Positions 20,083 through 29,758 of a stretch of 64,000 bases of DNA are shown piece after piece. Origin of the DNA: Planctomycetota bacterium. Its GTDB lineage: Bacteria; Planctomycetota; Phycisphaerae; UBA1845. The notes below the pieces were generated by a model. It searched no databases, was not told the DNA's origin, and was given only the letters and a program-made list of their open reading frames with translations. The translations under genes and the position numbers were made by a program. The first letter of the stretch is position 1; every line of letters begins with the position of its first letter. The stretch covers positions 5,349 to 69,348 of the forward strand of contig JACQXM010000044.1 in NCBI GenBank assembly GCA_016208685.1, read 5' to 3'.

Positions 20083-21123
20083 ATGCGATTCCGACGAGTT
20101 TGGCTGCTCCTGCTCCTACTGCCGGTGCCCGCGGTGCCGCGGCATGTCGCGGCCGAGACGCCCGCAAGCGGCGACTGCGGCACGGCGCTCGCCGTTCAGG
20201 CCGTCAGTGCCGTCGGGGTCACGGTCGCGGATATGGACCGGGCCCTCGCCTTCTACACCGGCGTCCTGGAGTTCGAAAAGACGTCGGATATCGAGGTGTC
20301 CGGCGACGACTACGAACGCCTCCTGGGCGTGTTCGGTCTCCGCGTGCGGATCGTGGGGTTGGCGCTGGGCGAGGAATCGATGGAGCTTCTCCACTTTCTG
20401 GCGCCGCGTGGTCGTCCCGTGCCCGCCGATTCGCGCGGCAACGATGAGTGGTTTCAGCACGTGGCCATCATCGTCAGTGACATGGATCGCGCCTACGAAC
20501 ACCTGCGGCGCCACAAAGTGGAGCACGCCTCGAGCGGACCGCAGACACTCCCGCAGTGGAACCAGAAAGCGGGAGGAATACGAGCCTTCTACTTCCGCGA
20601 TCCTGACGGGCATTTCCTCGAGATTCTGTGGTTCCCGCCGGGGAAAGGCGATCCAAAGTGGCAGCGATCGTCCGACCGGCTGTTCCGGGGCATCGATCAT
20701 ACGGCCATTGTCGTGAAGAACACGGATGCCAGTCTGCGGCTTTACCGTGACGCGCTCGGGATGCGCGTGGCGGGGGAAAGCGAGAACTTCGGCACCGAGC
20801 AGGAACATCTGAACAACGTGTTCGGAGCACGGCTGAGAATCACCACGCTTCGCGCCGGGTCCGGTCCGGGAATCGAGCTGCTGGAGTACCTGGCGCCGCG
20901 CGATGGCCGCGCCGTGCCGGGGGACACCCGGTGCAATGATCTGTGGCACTGGCACGTTCGCCTCCGGCCGGTGACGGCGATTTCGCCGATGATCGCGCCG
21001 GGCCACGAGGGGCGTGCGGTTTCACCGGGCGTTGCGGAGCTGGGGGGCGGAGGCTGGAACCTTTCCCGTGGCCTGATGTTCCGCGACCCGGACGGCCACG
21101 CGTTGATGCTGGCGGAGCCATGA
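20083..21123 (+). CDS. Secreted tandem VOC/glyoxalase-family protein
   Basis: Signal peptide; TVADMDRALAFY, QHVAIIV, YFRDPDGHFLE, DHTAIVV, FRDPDGH. Confidence 0.85.
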   Translation: MRFRRVWLLLLLLPVPAVPRHVAAETPASGDCGTALAVQAVSAVGVTVADMDRALAFYTGVLEFEKTSDIEVSGDDYERLLGVFGLRVRIVGLALGEESMELLHFLAPRGRPVPADSRGNDEWFQHVAIIVSDMDRAYEHLRRHKVEHASSGPQTLPQWNQKAGGIRAFYFRDPDGHFLEILWFPPGKGDPKWQRSSDRLFRGIDHTAIVVKNTDASLRLYRDALGMRVAGESENFGTEQEHLNNVFGARLRITTLRAGSGPGIELLEYLAPRDGRAVPGDTRCNDLWHWHVRLRPVTAISPMIAPGHEGRAVSPGVAELGGGGWNLSRGLMFRDPDGHALMLAEP

Positions 21124-21873
21124 ATGAACGGGAACCTGTCGGATCTTGCGGGTCGTGTCGTGATGGTCTCCGGGGCGGCGGGGAACCTCGGCGCTGCGGT
21201 CGTCGCCGCGTTCCGCGCCTGCGGCGCGAGGCTGGTGCTGCTGGATCGCGCGGAGGATCGATTGTCGGCGATGTACCCGGAACTCGCCGCGTCGGAAAAG
21301 CACCTGCTGCTGGGCGGGGTAGACTTGGCCAGCGCGCCGTCCGTGCGCAATGCGGTGGAACGCGCGGTAGCTTACTTCGGCACCGTTGACGTGCTGGTCA
21401 ACACCGTGGGCGGCTTCCGCGGCGGCAAGCCGCTGCACGAAACCGGAGCCGACGAGTGGGATGTGATGTTCGAGCTCAATGTCAGGACCGCGCTGAACGC
21501 CTGCCGGGCGGTGGGGCCGGTCATGATCCGGCAAAAGGTCGGATGGATCGTGAATGTCGCCAGTCGGGCGGCGCTTGCCGGCGCGCCGAACCTGGCGGCA
21601 TACTGCGCCGCCAAGGCCGCCATCGTTCGGGTGACGGAAAGCCTGGCCGCGGAGCTGCAACCGCACGGCGTGACCGCCAACTGCGTTCTGCCCGGCACGC
21701 TGGATACGCCGCAGAACCGTGAAGCGATGCCGAACGCCGACGCTCGGGATTGGGCGCGGGTCGAGGAGGTGGCAGGCGTTATCGTTCTGCTTTCGACCAA
21801 CGCGGCGCGTGCCATTCGCGGCGCGGCGATACCGGTCGGCGGGTACCCCGTGGGGGCGGCACGCGCGACTTGA
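21124..21873 (+). CDS. SDR-family oxidoreductase
   Basis: SGAAGNLG, YCAAK, PGTLDTPQNR. Confidence 0.88.
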   Translation: MNGNLSDLAGRVVMVSGAAGNLGAAVVAAFRACGARLVLLDRAEDRLSAMYPELAASEKHLLLGGVDLASAPSVRNAVERAVAYFGTVDVLVNTVGGFRGGKPLHETGADEWDVMFELNVRTALNACRAVGPVMIRQKVGWIVNVASRAALAGAPNLAAYCAAKAAIVRVTESLAAELQPHGVTANCVLPGTLDTPQNREAMPNADARDWARVEEVAGVIVLLSTNAARAIRGAAIPVGGYPVGAARAT

Positions 21874-21920
21874 TACCATGCGCGATGTCACCGGCGCGGT
21901 GTGCGCGCCTGGAGCGAGGC

Positions 21921-22142
21921 ATGGTCGTAGCAGAGGCGGTCGTGATCCTGCTGGCGGTCTACGCGCTCCTGGGATTGCTGTTCGCTGTGGCATTCGTCAC
22001 TTGCGGCGTTCAGCGTCTTGATCCCGCCGCGCGCCCCGCGCCGTGGGGCTTTCGCCTATTGATTCTTCCCGGCAGTGCGGCCCTGTGGCCGTTGCTTTTG
22101 TTGCGGTGGTGGGGCAGCACCAAGGGCGGGGCCTCGTCATGA
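21921..22142 (+). CDS. Small membrane protein
   Basis: Two hydrophobic helices, G.QRLDP...WGFRLLILPG...LWPLL; ATGA-coupled to the next gene. Confidence 0.7.
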   Translation: MVVAEAVVILLAVYALLGLLFAVAFVTCGVQRLDPAARPAPWGFRLLILPGSAALWPLLLLRWWGSTKGGASS

Positions 22143-22288
22143 CGCGCGCGCACCGCCGATGGCATTGGTACGCCTGGCTTGTCCTGGCGCCGCTGATCGC
22201 CGCGGGCATGTTCGCGGCGCTGGCGGGGCGCGGCGTCCCGCCTGTTCAACCCGCCCCGGCGAGCGCGGATGCCCGCGCGAGGGAGTAG
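22139..22288 (+). CDS. Small single-pass membrane protein (49 aa)
   Basis: MTRAHRRWHWYAWLVLAPLIAAGMFAALAGR; ATGA overlap upstream and a 3-nt gap downstream. Confidence 0.6.
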   Translation: MTRAHRRWHWYAWLVLAPLIAAGMFAALAGRGVPPVQPAPASADARARE

Positions 22289-22291
22289 CCC

Positions 22292-23362
22292 ATGAGCGCC
22301 GGCTACGTCGCGGTGCAATGGAACCCGTATAAGCGGCGCTACGACGCGTTCGTCTGCGGCGCCGTGGTACTCTATCTGGGGATGTTCGGTTTCGTCGGGA
22401 AACTGCTGTTCCGCGGCGAACATGCGCTCAGCGACGAAGTCCTGGCATTACGAGCCTTGGGGAGCTGCGCCTTTCTGATGCTCAGCGTGGTGCTGTGCAT
22501 CGGCCCGGCGGCGCGGCTGGATCGGCGGCTTCTGCCCATCCTCTACAACCGCCGCCACCTGGGCGTTGCGACGTTCCTGGTGGCGGCGCTGCACGGCGCG
22601 CTGGCGCTCGGCTACTACCACGGCTTCGGCCGCATCAATCCCCTGCTCTCGTTGCTCACCACCAACACCAGCTTCACCTCCCTGCGGGCCTTTCCTTTCC
22701 AGCTACCGGGCGCCGCGGCGCTGCTGATTCTCTTCCTCATGGCGGCCACCAGCCATGATTTCTGGAATCGCAACCTCTCTGCCCGGCTGTGGAAGTGGTT
22801 GCACATGTTGGTCTACCCGGCGTACGGGCTGGTTGTCATGCACGTGGCACTCGGCGCCTTGCAGGCACAGCGAACCTGGTGGCTGGCGGCGCTGGTGTGC
22901 GCCTGCGCGGCCACGGTGACGACCCTGCACCTGGTCGCCGGTTCGCGCGAACGGGCCGCGGATCGCGGCCGGACATCGATGATCGAAGCGGATGCCACCG
23001 CCTGGCTCGAGGTTGGCCGGGTCGATGAGATCCCCCCCGATCGGGCGCGGATCGCGTGTGCCCCCGGGGGCGAACGCATCGCCGTGTTTCGTTACGACGG
23101 ACGGATTTCCGCGATCAGCAACGTCTGCGCGCATCAGGGAGGACCGCTGGGCGAGGGCAAGGTGGTGGACGGCTGCGTGACATGTCCTTGGCATGGCTGG
23201 CAGTACCGCCCAGCCGACGGGCAGGCTCCGCCGCCCTTCACGGAACGAGTGGCGACCTTCCGTGTGCGCGTGGACGGTCGGCGGGTGTTGGTGGATCCGA
23301 ATGCACTTCCGCCGGGAACGCCGGTTGAACCGGCGTTTGTCGAGGAGTCCTGCGATGCCTGA
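22292..23362 (+). CDS. Ferric reductase-like (MsrQ-type) transmembrane domain fused to a Rieske 2Fe-2S domain
   Basis: NRRHLGV, ATSHD, WKWLHMLVY (heme-His helices); Rieske CAHQGGPL...CPWHGW. Confidence 0.9.
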   Translation: MSAGYVAVQWNPYKRRYDAFVCGAVVLYLGMFGFVGKLLFRGEHALSDEVLALRALGSCAFLMLSVVLCIGPAARLDRRLLPILYNRRHLGVATFLVAALHGALALGYYHGFGRINPLLSLLTTNTSFTSLRAFPFQLPGAAALLILFLMAATSHDFWNRNLSARLWKWLHMLVYPAYGLVVMHVALGALQAQRTWWLAALVCACAATVTTLHLVAGSRERAADRGRTSMIEADATAWLEVGRVDEIPPDRARIACAPGGERIAVFRYDGRISAISNVCAHQGGPLGEGKVVDGCVTCPWHGWQYRPADGQAPPPFTERVATFRVRVDGRRVLVDPNALPPGTPVEPAFVEESCDA

Positions 23363-24164
23363 AGCGCCGCGAACGGGCCTCTGCCGGTCGTCCGACGAAC
23401 GGCGCGACGAGTTCTATGTCGGGTACCTGCCCGTTCCCCCGGGGCATCTGTTCTATCTGCGGCTTCTCATGCCGCTGCTGCTGTGGTTGGCGGTGGGCGT
23501 GGCGGCCGTTGTCAGCGGCTCACATTCGGACCCGGGAGCGGGCGTATGGGACACCGGCCGGCCGCAGGTACTCGAAGGCTTGTTGGACGTCGCCCCGTAT
23601 CCGCTGCTGCGCGTGCCCAGCGCCAAGCTCGGCGAGCCATTCACCACGTACCTGCTCGTCGAAACGGGCAAGTTCGGGGCGGGACGGCGCGCCGCGCCGC
23701 ATGACGGTCGGTTGGTTCGGGTCAGTGGCTGGCTGATCCAGCGCGACGGCAGGCGGATGATCGAGCTCGAACCCGGCGACGGCGCGATCGAACCCTTGGA
23801 ATCGGCCTCTGCGTCCGACCTGGATCGACTCCGACGCCCGGCGGCGGAACCGCGGGGACGTGTCCGCCTCCGCGGCGAGATCGTGGATTCCAAGTGCTAT
23901 CTGGGCGTGATGAAACCGGGCGAGGGGAAGACACACAAAGAATGTGCCACGCTATGCATATCCGCCGGCATCCCTCCCATGCTTGTGACACGCGACGCCT
24001 CGGGAACGCGGAGCTACTTTCTGTTGGTGCGGCCCGACGGCGATGCGCAGGATGCGCGCATCCTCCCGCTGGTGGCCGATCCCGTGGAGGTTTCGGGCAC
24101 GCTGGACCGGGTCGGCGACCTGAACATCCTGCGAGCCGATCCCGCCGACATTCAGCGCCTGTAA
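23355..24164 (+). CDS. Membrane-anchored hypothetical protein with a Cys/His metal-binding motif
   Basis: EFYVGYL, one TM helix, GEIVDSKCYLGVMKPGEGKTHKECATLCISAGIPP. Confidence 0.75.
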   Translation: MPEAPRTGLCRSSDERRDEFYVGYLPVPPGHLFYLRLLMPLLLWLAVGVAAVVSGSHSDPGAGVWDTGRPQVLEGLLDVAPYPLLRVPSAKLGEPFTTYLLVETGKFGAGRRAAPHDGRLVRVSGWLIQRDGRRMIELEPGDGAIEPLESASASDLDRLRRPAAEPRGRVRLRGEIVDSKCYLGVMKPGEGKTHKECATLCISAGIPPMLVTRDASGTRSYFLLVRPDGDAQDARILPLVADPVEVSGTLDRVGDLNILRADPADIQRL

Positions 24165-24186
24165 CCCCGTCGGACCACGGCGGCGC

Positions 24187-24212
24187 GTAACCGTCGCCTG
24201 CCGCCGGGCATC
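24187..24212 (+). promoter_or_regulatory. Candidate ECF promoter GTAAC-N16-GCATC (copy 3)
   Basis: Intergenic, upstream of DoxX; shares GGGCATCCAAG with copy 1. Confidence 0.65.
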
Positions 24213-24282
24213 CAAGCGGCGGTGGGGCCGAGCGCGCCCCCAAGGTGTGAGCTCTCTTTTGGTCTGGTTTGCAGGTGCGGGC

Positions 24283-24762
24283 ATGACGATCGCGACTACT
24301 GTTCCAACGGGCGCCGTTCAACCGATGAAGAACGACATCGGCGGACGGCGCCGGGCAGCGAGCTGGGTGTTGCAGGGAATCGTGGCGGTAGTTCTCTTCC
24401 AGACGTTGTTCTTCAAGTTCACCGCCGCGGAGGAATCGGTGTACATCTTCTCGACGCTGGGCATGGAGCCCTGGGGTCGGATCGGCTCAGGAGTCGTGGA
24501 ATTGATCGCCTGTGCTCTGATCCTGGCGCCGCGCACTGTTGCGTGGGGCGCGCTGCTGGCGCTGGGCGTCATCAGCGGCGCGATCGTCAGTCACCTTACG
24601 AAACTGGGTGTCGTCGTACAGAACGACGGCGGGCTGCTCTTCGTGCTGGCGCTGACGGTGTTCGGCTGCTCCACCGCCATCCTTGCGCTAAGGCGCGCTG
24701 AGCTGGGGGCGATCTGGCGCAAGGTCCATGCCTGCCCCAAGAACGCCTCCGGAAAGGGATAA
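24283..24762 (+). CDS. DoxX-family membrane protein
   Basis: QTLFFKF...ESVYIF..LGMEPWGRIGSG..E...GAIVSHL..LG. Confidence 0.85.
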   Translation: MTIATTVPTGAVQPMKNDIGGRRRAASWVLQGIVAVVLFQTLFFKFTAAEESVYIFSTLGMEPWGRIGSGVVELIACALILAPRTVAWGALLALGVISGAIVSHLTKLGVVVQNDGGLLFVLALTVFGCSTAILALRRAELGAIWRKVHACPKNASGKG

Positions 24763-24768
24763 TCGCGT

Positions 24769-25362
24769 ATGATCTGCGTCAATGAGCTGTCGTCCTTTCC
24801 GACTCGTCCCACCTGCGGAGCGGACGCCGGGCCCGCCGCGTTCGCGATCCTGGTGGACGTGCTGCGCGAGCTTGCGGAGTTCATCGCCGGCCTGGGCGAC
24901 GTGGAATACACCACCCGTTCGCCGCTTGCGGGCGGGAGTACCATCGGGGCTCACGTGCGACACAGCCTGGACCACGTACGCCTCTTCCTGGCGGGGATCG
25001 AGGAGGGAACCATCGACTACGACCGGCGCGACCGTGCTACCGCCGTCGAACGCCAGCGCCACAGCGCCTTCGACATGATCGGGCAATTGGAGAGGCAACT
25101 GCGCGAGTGCCCGAACGCCATCCTCGAGCGCGCGATCCGCGTGCGCGGCGTACTCACGGCTGACGGGCCGCCCGTCGAGGCCGGCTCCAGCGTAGGCCGC
25201 GAACTGATGTTCGTGCTCAGCCACACCATCCACCACAACGCCATGATCGCGGCGGCCGCCCGGCGCCTCGGCGCCGCGGTTCCTCCGCGGTTCGGCGTCG
25301 CGCCTGCCACGCAGGCGTTCCTGAGCCGCAGCGCATGTGCACCGTCACCATCGTCCCGATAG
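24769..25362 (+). CDS. DinB-family protein
   Basis: TIGAHVRH, DYDRRDR, REL.F..SHTIHHNAMI, FGVAPAT. Confidence 0.85.
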   Translation: MICVNELSSFPTRPTCGADAGPAAFAILVDVLRELAEFIAGLGDVEYTTRSPLAGGSTIGAHVRHSLDHVRLFLAGIEEGTIDYDRRDRATAVERQRHSAFDMIGQLERQLRECPNAILERAIRVRGVLTADGPPVEAGSSVGRELMFVLSHTIHHNAMIAAAARRLGAAVPPRFGVAPATQAFLSRSACAPSPSSR

Positions 25363-26129
25363 GCCCGCGTGGCGCGAACCGGGCCGAGCCGGTCGGTCGA
25401 GGTTTTCGGCTGGCCTGCAATCGGGACGAGAGCCGCGCGCGGCCGGCGGCATTGCCGCCGGTCACGCGCCTGTTTGGCGCGCGTCGCGCCGTACTCCCCA
25501 TCGATCCGGTCTCGGGGGGAACATGGGTCGCCGCCAACGACGCCGGTCTGGTGCTTACGCTCCTGAACGTGTACCCCACCACGCCCGGAACGCGGACCCT
25601 GCCCGTGGGGGAGCGCTCGCTGCGCAGCCGCGGTACCATCATCCCGCCGCTACTGGAGCTCGGCGACGCGGACTCGGCGGCGCGCGAGGCGCAGGCCCTG
25701 CTGCCGGAGGAATTCCCGCCGTTCCGCCTGCTGCTGGTGGACGGCCGGCACGTTCACGAGGGGCGCAGCGACGGCCGCGGAATGGCGTGGTCCGTAACGC
25801 CGATGGGCGAGCAGGCACTGCTGTTTACCAGCTCAGGACTGGGGGACGAGGTGGTGGAGGCACCGCGACGACGGCTGTTCAACGAGATGTTTCGCGCGGA
25901 AGCCGATTGGGTTGCGCAGCAGGATGAGTTCCATCGTCATTCCTGGCCGGACCATCCCGAACTCAGCGTATGCATGCGCCGCGCCGAGGCCTGCACCGTG
26001 GGCCATACTGTGGTCGAAGTCACTGACCTGCTTGTGGCACTGTCGCACCGGCCGGGGGCCCCGGATCAGCCCGGCGGACCGCAGACCCTGACGCTGGACC
26101 GGAGGCGGGGGAGCGCGTGTTCTTCCTGA
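25335..26129 (+). CDS. NRDE / TANGO2-family protein (Ntn-hydrolase-like, N-terminal Cys)
   Basis: MCT N-terminus, NRDE motif, GGTW, LLN, SRG. Confidence 0.88.
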   Translation: MCTVTIVPIGPRGANRAEPVGRGFRLACNRDESRARPAALPPVTRLFGARRAVLPIDPVSGGTWVAANDAGLVLTLLNVYPTTPGTRTLPVGERSLRSRGTIIPPLLELGDADSAAREAQALLPEEFPPFRLLLVDGRHVHEGRSDGRGMAWSVTPMGEQALLFTSSGLGDEVVEAPRRRLFNEMFRAEADWVAQQDEFHRHSWPDHPELSVCMRRAEACTVGHTVVEVTDLLVALSHRPGAPDQPGGPQTLTLDRRRGSACSS

Positions 26130-27715
26130 CCATCGTTCTGGCGACGTTCGCCTCCGAGGACCTGACCTGCCTGGCGGTGGGGCTTCTGATGGCGCGCGGC
26201 GCAGTCGGCCCATTTACCGGGTTGGCGGCCTGCTACACCGGCATCCTGGTCGGCGATCTAGGACTGTGGCTCATCGGCCGGTTCGCCGCCGGCACGGTTC
26301 TGCGCTGGCGCCCCCTCGCGCGCCGACTCCCGCGGCATCGGCTCGATTCGCTAGGCCGGCGGTACCGAAAGCACGGCTGGAAGGCCATTCTCTTTTCGCG
26401 GTTCCTCCCCGGAGCCCGCGTGCCCATGTACGTCGGCGCGGGGATGATCGACGGTTCGCCGCTGCGCTTCGCGCTGTGGTCGGCCGCGGCGTGCGCGATA
26501 TGGACGCCGGTGTTGGTTGGGTCGGTGGCCTGGGGCGGTGAGCCGATCGTGGCGCGGCTGGAACGCTGGCTGGGCAACGGGTGGCTTGGAGTGGCTGCTG
26601 CCGCCCTGCTGTTGGCCGCAGTCGTTCGCACGGCGACACGCGTTGTGACACTGGAAGGACGGGCCCGGCTGCAAGCCGCCGTCAGTCGCCTCTGGCGCTG
26701 GGAATTCTGGCCGGCATGGCTCTTTTATGTTCCGCTGCTGCCCTGGATTGCGTATCTGGCACTGCGGCACCGCGGCGTTATGACGATCACGGCCGCCAAC
26801 CCCGGCATTCCGCATGGCGGAATCGTGGGCGAATCCAAGTACGACATTCTGCGGCGGCTTCCCCCGGAATGGGTCGTACCCACGCAACGCCTCGATCCTG
26901 GTCCGCTGGAGCAACGGCTGGCGGACGTGCGGCAGTTCGTAGATGTGCCGGGACGGGGCTTTCCCGTCATCCTCAAGCCCGACGTGGGCGAGCGCGGCGC
27001 CGGGCTGAGGCTGGCGAAGTGCTGGAATGAGGCTGCGATGTACCTAGCCGAGGTCCCGGACGCACTCCTGGTTCAGGCGTATCATCCCGGCCCCTTCGAG
27101 GCGGGCGTGTTCTACTACCGCTTTCCCGAGGAAACGCACGGCCGGATCTTCTCGATCACCGAGAAGCAGTTCCCCACGCTCACCGGTGACGGAAGGACGA
27201 CCGTCGAGGCGTTGATCTGGCGCCATCCGCGCTATCGCATGCAGGCAGCGAAGTTCCTGGCGCGGCTGAACGGAAGATCGCAGCAGGTCCTCGCCGCCGG
27301 GGACACCATGCGGCTGGCCATCGCAGGGAACCACTGTCAGGGCACCATGTTCCGTGACGGCGGTCGTTGGATCACTCCCAGGATCGAGCGGCGCCTGGAT
27401 GAGATCGCGCGGGCGTTCGACGGCTTCTTCTTCGGGCGGTTTGACATCCGCTTCGCCGAGCTTAACGAGTTCCTCGCCGGGCGCAACTTCGCCATCGTCG
27501 AACTCAACGGCGCGTCGTCCGAGTCAACGAACCTCTACGACCCGGCGCATTCGCTGTGGTCAGCCTATGCGATACTGTACCGGCAGTGGCGCCTCCTCTT
27601 TCAGATCGGCGCTGCCAACCTTGCGCTGGGGCGACGGACCTCGTCGGCGCGGGAGCTGGTCGCGGCGCTGTCCGCTCATTACCGCCATCGCACCGTCAGT
27701 TCGCTTGCCGAATGA
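26117..27715 (+). CDS. DedA/VTT membrane domain fused to an ATP-grasp (D-Ala-D-Ala ligase-like) domain
   Basis: SEDL...GD...SRFLPGAR (VTT); WEFWP, ANPGI..GG..GESK, FPVILKPDVGERG, GNHCQG, GRFDIR, VELNG (ATP-grasp). Confidence 0.85.
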   Translation: MFFLTIVLATFASEDLTCLAVGLLMARGAVGPFTGLAACYTGILVGDLGLWLIGRFAAGTVLRWRPLARRLPRHRLDSLGRRYRKHGWKAILFSRFLPGARVPMYVGAGMIDGSPLRFALWSAAACAIWTPVLVGSVAWGGEPIVARLERWLGNGWLGVAAAALLLAAVVRTATRVVTLEGRARLQAAVSRLWRWEFWPAWLFYVPLLPWIAYLALRHRGVMTITAANPGIPHGGIVGESKYDILRRLPPEWVVPTQRLDPGPLEQRLADVRQFVDVPGRGFPVILKPDVGERGAGLRLAKCWNEAAMYLAEVPDALLVQAYHPGPFEAGVFYYRFPEETHGRIFSITEKQFPTLTGDGRTTVEALIWRHPRYRMQAAKFLARLNGRSQQVLAAGDTMRLAIAGNHCQGTMFRDGGRWITPRIERRLDEIARAFDGFFFGRFDIRFAELNEFLAGRNFAIVELNGASSESTNLYDPAHSLWSAYAILYRQWRLLFQIGAANLALGRRTSSARELVAALSAHYRHRTVSSLAE

Positions 27716-27844
27716 GCTACGGGGCGATGGTCTCACCGGCTTGAGCTACACCAGCGAGCGTTTTTCGGTGTCGGGGACGCCGTGCCGCGACCGTGAGGGG
27801 GCGGGCAGGATGGTGCGGGGCGGCGCCGGCTCGCGCTCAGCCGG

Positions 27845-29707
27845 TCAGGGTTTGTGGGCACTTTCACACGGGGCAGTAACGGCCAGTGCGTTCCTGTGAC
27901 ACGCCAGGAAGGCCGCCGCGGCCTGGCGGCCGAAAAAGCGATCCAGGATCGGCCGCTGTACCTGCGTTAAGTCCACGACCATGAGTGCGTCGAGCACGCC
28001 GCCGAACGCCGGATCGATGTTGAACCCCAGCACTTTGGCATCAAGCTTCAGGTACTGTCGGAGGAGAATCGGCACGCCACGCTCCTGCTTCTCGATCTCT
28101 CGCACCAAATCGTCGACCTGCTCGATGTCGCGCGCCGTGCGCGACGCGAACGCCGGTTCCTCGCGTGCTGTCCAGCGCCGCGGGACGGGCGTCCGCGGAT
28201 GCACCAGCCGCGCCAGATCGGCGTCCACGCGGTTGACTTCCAGGAAGCAGCGCAGCAGGTCACGAGTGGTGGAAGTGTAATCGGCGCTGATGCTCACCAC
28301 GCCGAAGAGCCTCCGGCACTCCGGCCGACCGGTAACGACGGCGGCAATCCCTTTCCACAGCGCCAGAAGTGCCGCGTAAGACTTCTGGTACTCGTCGGTC
28401 ACGAACGACCGCCCCAGCTCCATCGCCGGTCCGAGTTGCTTGAGCAGCGGCCGCTCGAAGCGGAAGAGCGTGTTGGTATAGAGCGCCTCGACTCCGCGGC
28501 AGGGAACGATGTCCTCCGTGAAGCCCAGCCGGTAGGCGCCCACGATGCGGCACCGGCGGCGGTCCCAGGCGAACAGATGCAGGTAGTAGGTGTCGAACCG
28601 GTCGAGATCGGTGGCCCCGCCGGTTCCTTCGCCCACGGCACGGAACGTAACCTCGCGCAGCCGCCCGATCTCGCGGAGCAGCCGCGGGATGCGGTCCGCG
28701 TAGGCAACGAATACCTCGAACTCGCCGCATCCGCTCACGCGAGCCGAAGGCGGGAGTGATGCGACCTCCCGCGCCAGGGCATCCGGTGACGCCGGCCCGA
28801 TGACCGGCTGTAGGGGTTGTGCACGATCCCGAGTGTTGATCGTCTCTCGCCCCCCGGCGTCCCCATCGCGAGTGCCGAGCAGGAGAGTGCGGAGCCGGAG
28901 GTGTTCCACCGTCTGGCGTGCGTCCCCCAACGCGGCCAGGCGTTCCGCGCTTACCGGAGAACCGATGCGAACGGCAACCCGTGTGCCGCGGGCACGGAGC
29001 AGCTCGCGCGGCAGCAGCGCCGTGCGAAGTCGGGGGTGTATCAACCCGGCGAGCTGAAACCACAGGCTGTTACGTCCGGCGATGAACACCGGGAGTACCG
29101 CGGCGCCTGATCGTCGTGCCAGGCGTGCCACCGTCGGACTCCACGCCGGCTCCACGATTCTGGCGCGGCGCAGGCGAAAATGGGCGACTTCGCCCGCGGG
29201 AAAGACAATCAGCACACCGCCGGAAACAAGCCAGTTCATTGCCGCGCGGAGCGGGCCCACGTTGCGTCGCGCAGCATCGGGACCGCCGAAGGGATCCACG
29301 AAGATCGTGTGGGCACGAACCTCGGGAATCCGATGCAACATCGAGTTGGCAAGTACTTTGACGTCCGGGCGCACGTGCCCGATGAGGCTCTCCAGGATGA
29401 GTCCCTCCACGGCGCCGAACGGATGATTCGCGACTACCACCAGCGGACCCTGGCGCGGGATCAGCGCCAGTTCGGCGCCGGCGACCCGTGTTTCGATCGC
29501 CAACTCGGCCAGGGCCCGGTCGCAGAAACGCCCCGCGGTACTTGCCGCGCTGGAGGAGTAAGTCGCGTACATCCGGTTCAGGCACGAAAGCCCCAGAAGC
29601 CTTTCGAGGACATGCGTGGGAAACGCCAGCAGCGGCTTCAGCAGCGAGGCTGCGCATTGCGCGTCCAACGAAAACGGTTTGCTGCAAGGTTCGCACGCAC
29701 TCATCAC
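27845..29707 (-). CDS. Acyltransferase plus GNAT N-acyltransferase fusion (OlsF-like aminolipid synthase)
   Basis: VVANHPFGAVEG and FPAGEV (PlsC-like); EIGRLRE.TFR.VGEGTG...DLDRFD.YY.HL, ELGRSFV...Q, P.LLRQYLKL (OlsB-like GNAT). Confidence 0.85.
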   Translation of the reverse strand: MMSACEPCSKPFSLDAQCAASLLKPLLAFPTHVLERLLGLSCLNRMYATYSSSAASTAGRFCDRALAELAIETRVAGAELALIPRQGPLVVVANHPFGAVEGLILESLIGHVRPDVKVLANSMLHRIPEVRAHTIFVDPFGGPDAARRNVGPLRAAMNWLVSGGVLIVFPAGEVAHFRLRRARIVEPAWSPTVARLARRSGAAVLPVFIAGRNSLWFQLAGLIHPRLRTALLPRELLRARGTRVAVRIGSPVSAERLAALGDARQTVEHLRLRTLLLGTRDGDAGGRETINTRDRAQPLQPVIGPASPDALAREVASLPPSARVSGCGEFEVFVAYADRIPRLLREIGRLREVTFRAVGEGTGGATDLDRFDTYYLHLFAWDRRRCRIVGAYRLGFTEDIVPCRGVEALYTNTLFRFERPLLKQLGPAMELGRSFVTDEYQKSYAALLALWKGIAAVVTGRPECRRLFGVVSISADYTSTTRDLLRCFLEVNRVDADLARLVHPRTPVPRRWTAREEPAFASRTARDIEQVDDLVREIEKQERGVPILLRQYLKLDAKVLGFNIDPAFGGVLDALMVVDLTQVQRPILDRFFGRQAAAAFLACHRNALAVTAPCESAHKP

Positions 29708-29758
29708 GGGTATACCCGAAGGGAACTCAGCGACCCGCGGCGGGCGGTTGCCCGGCGG

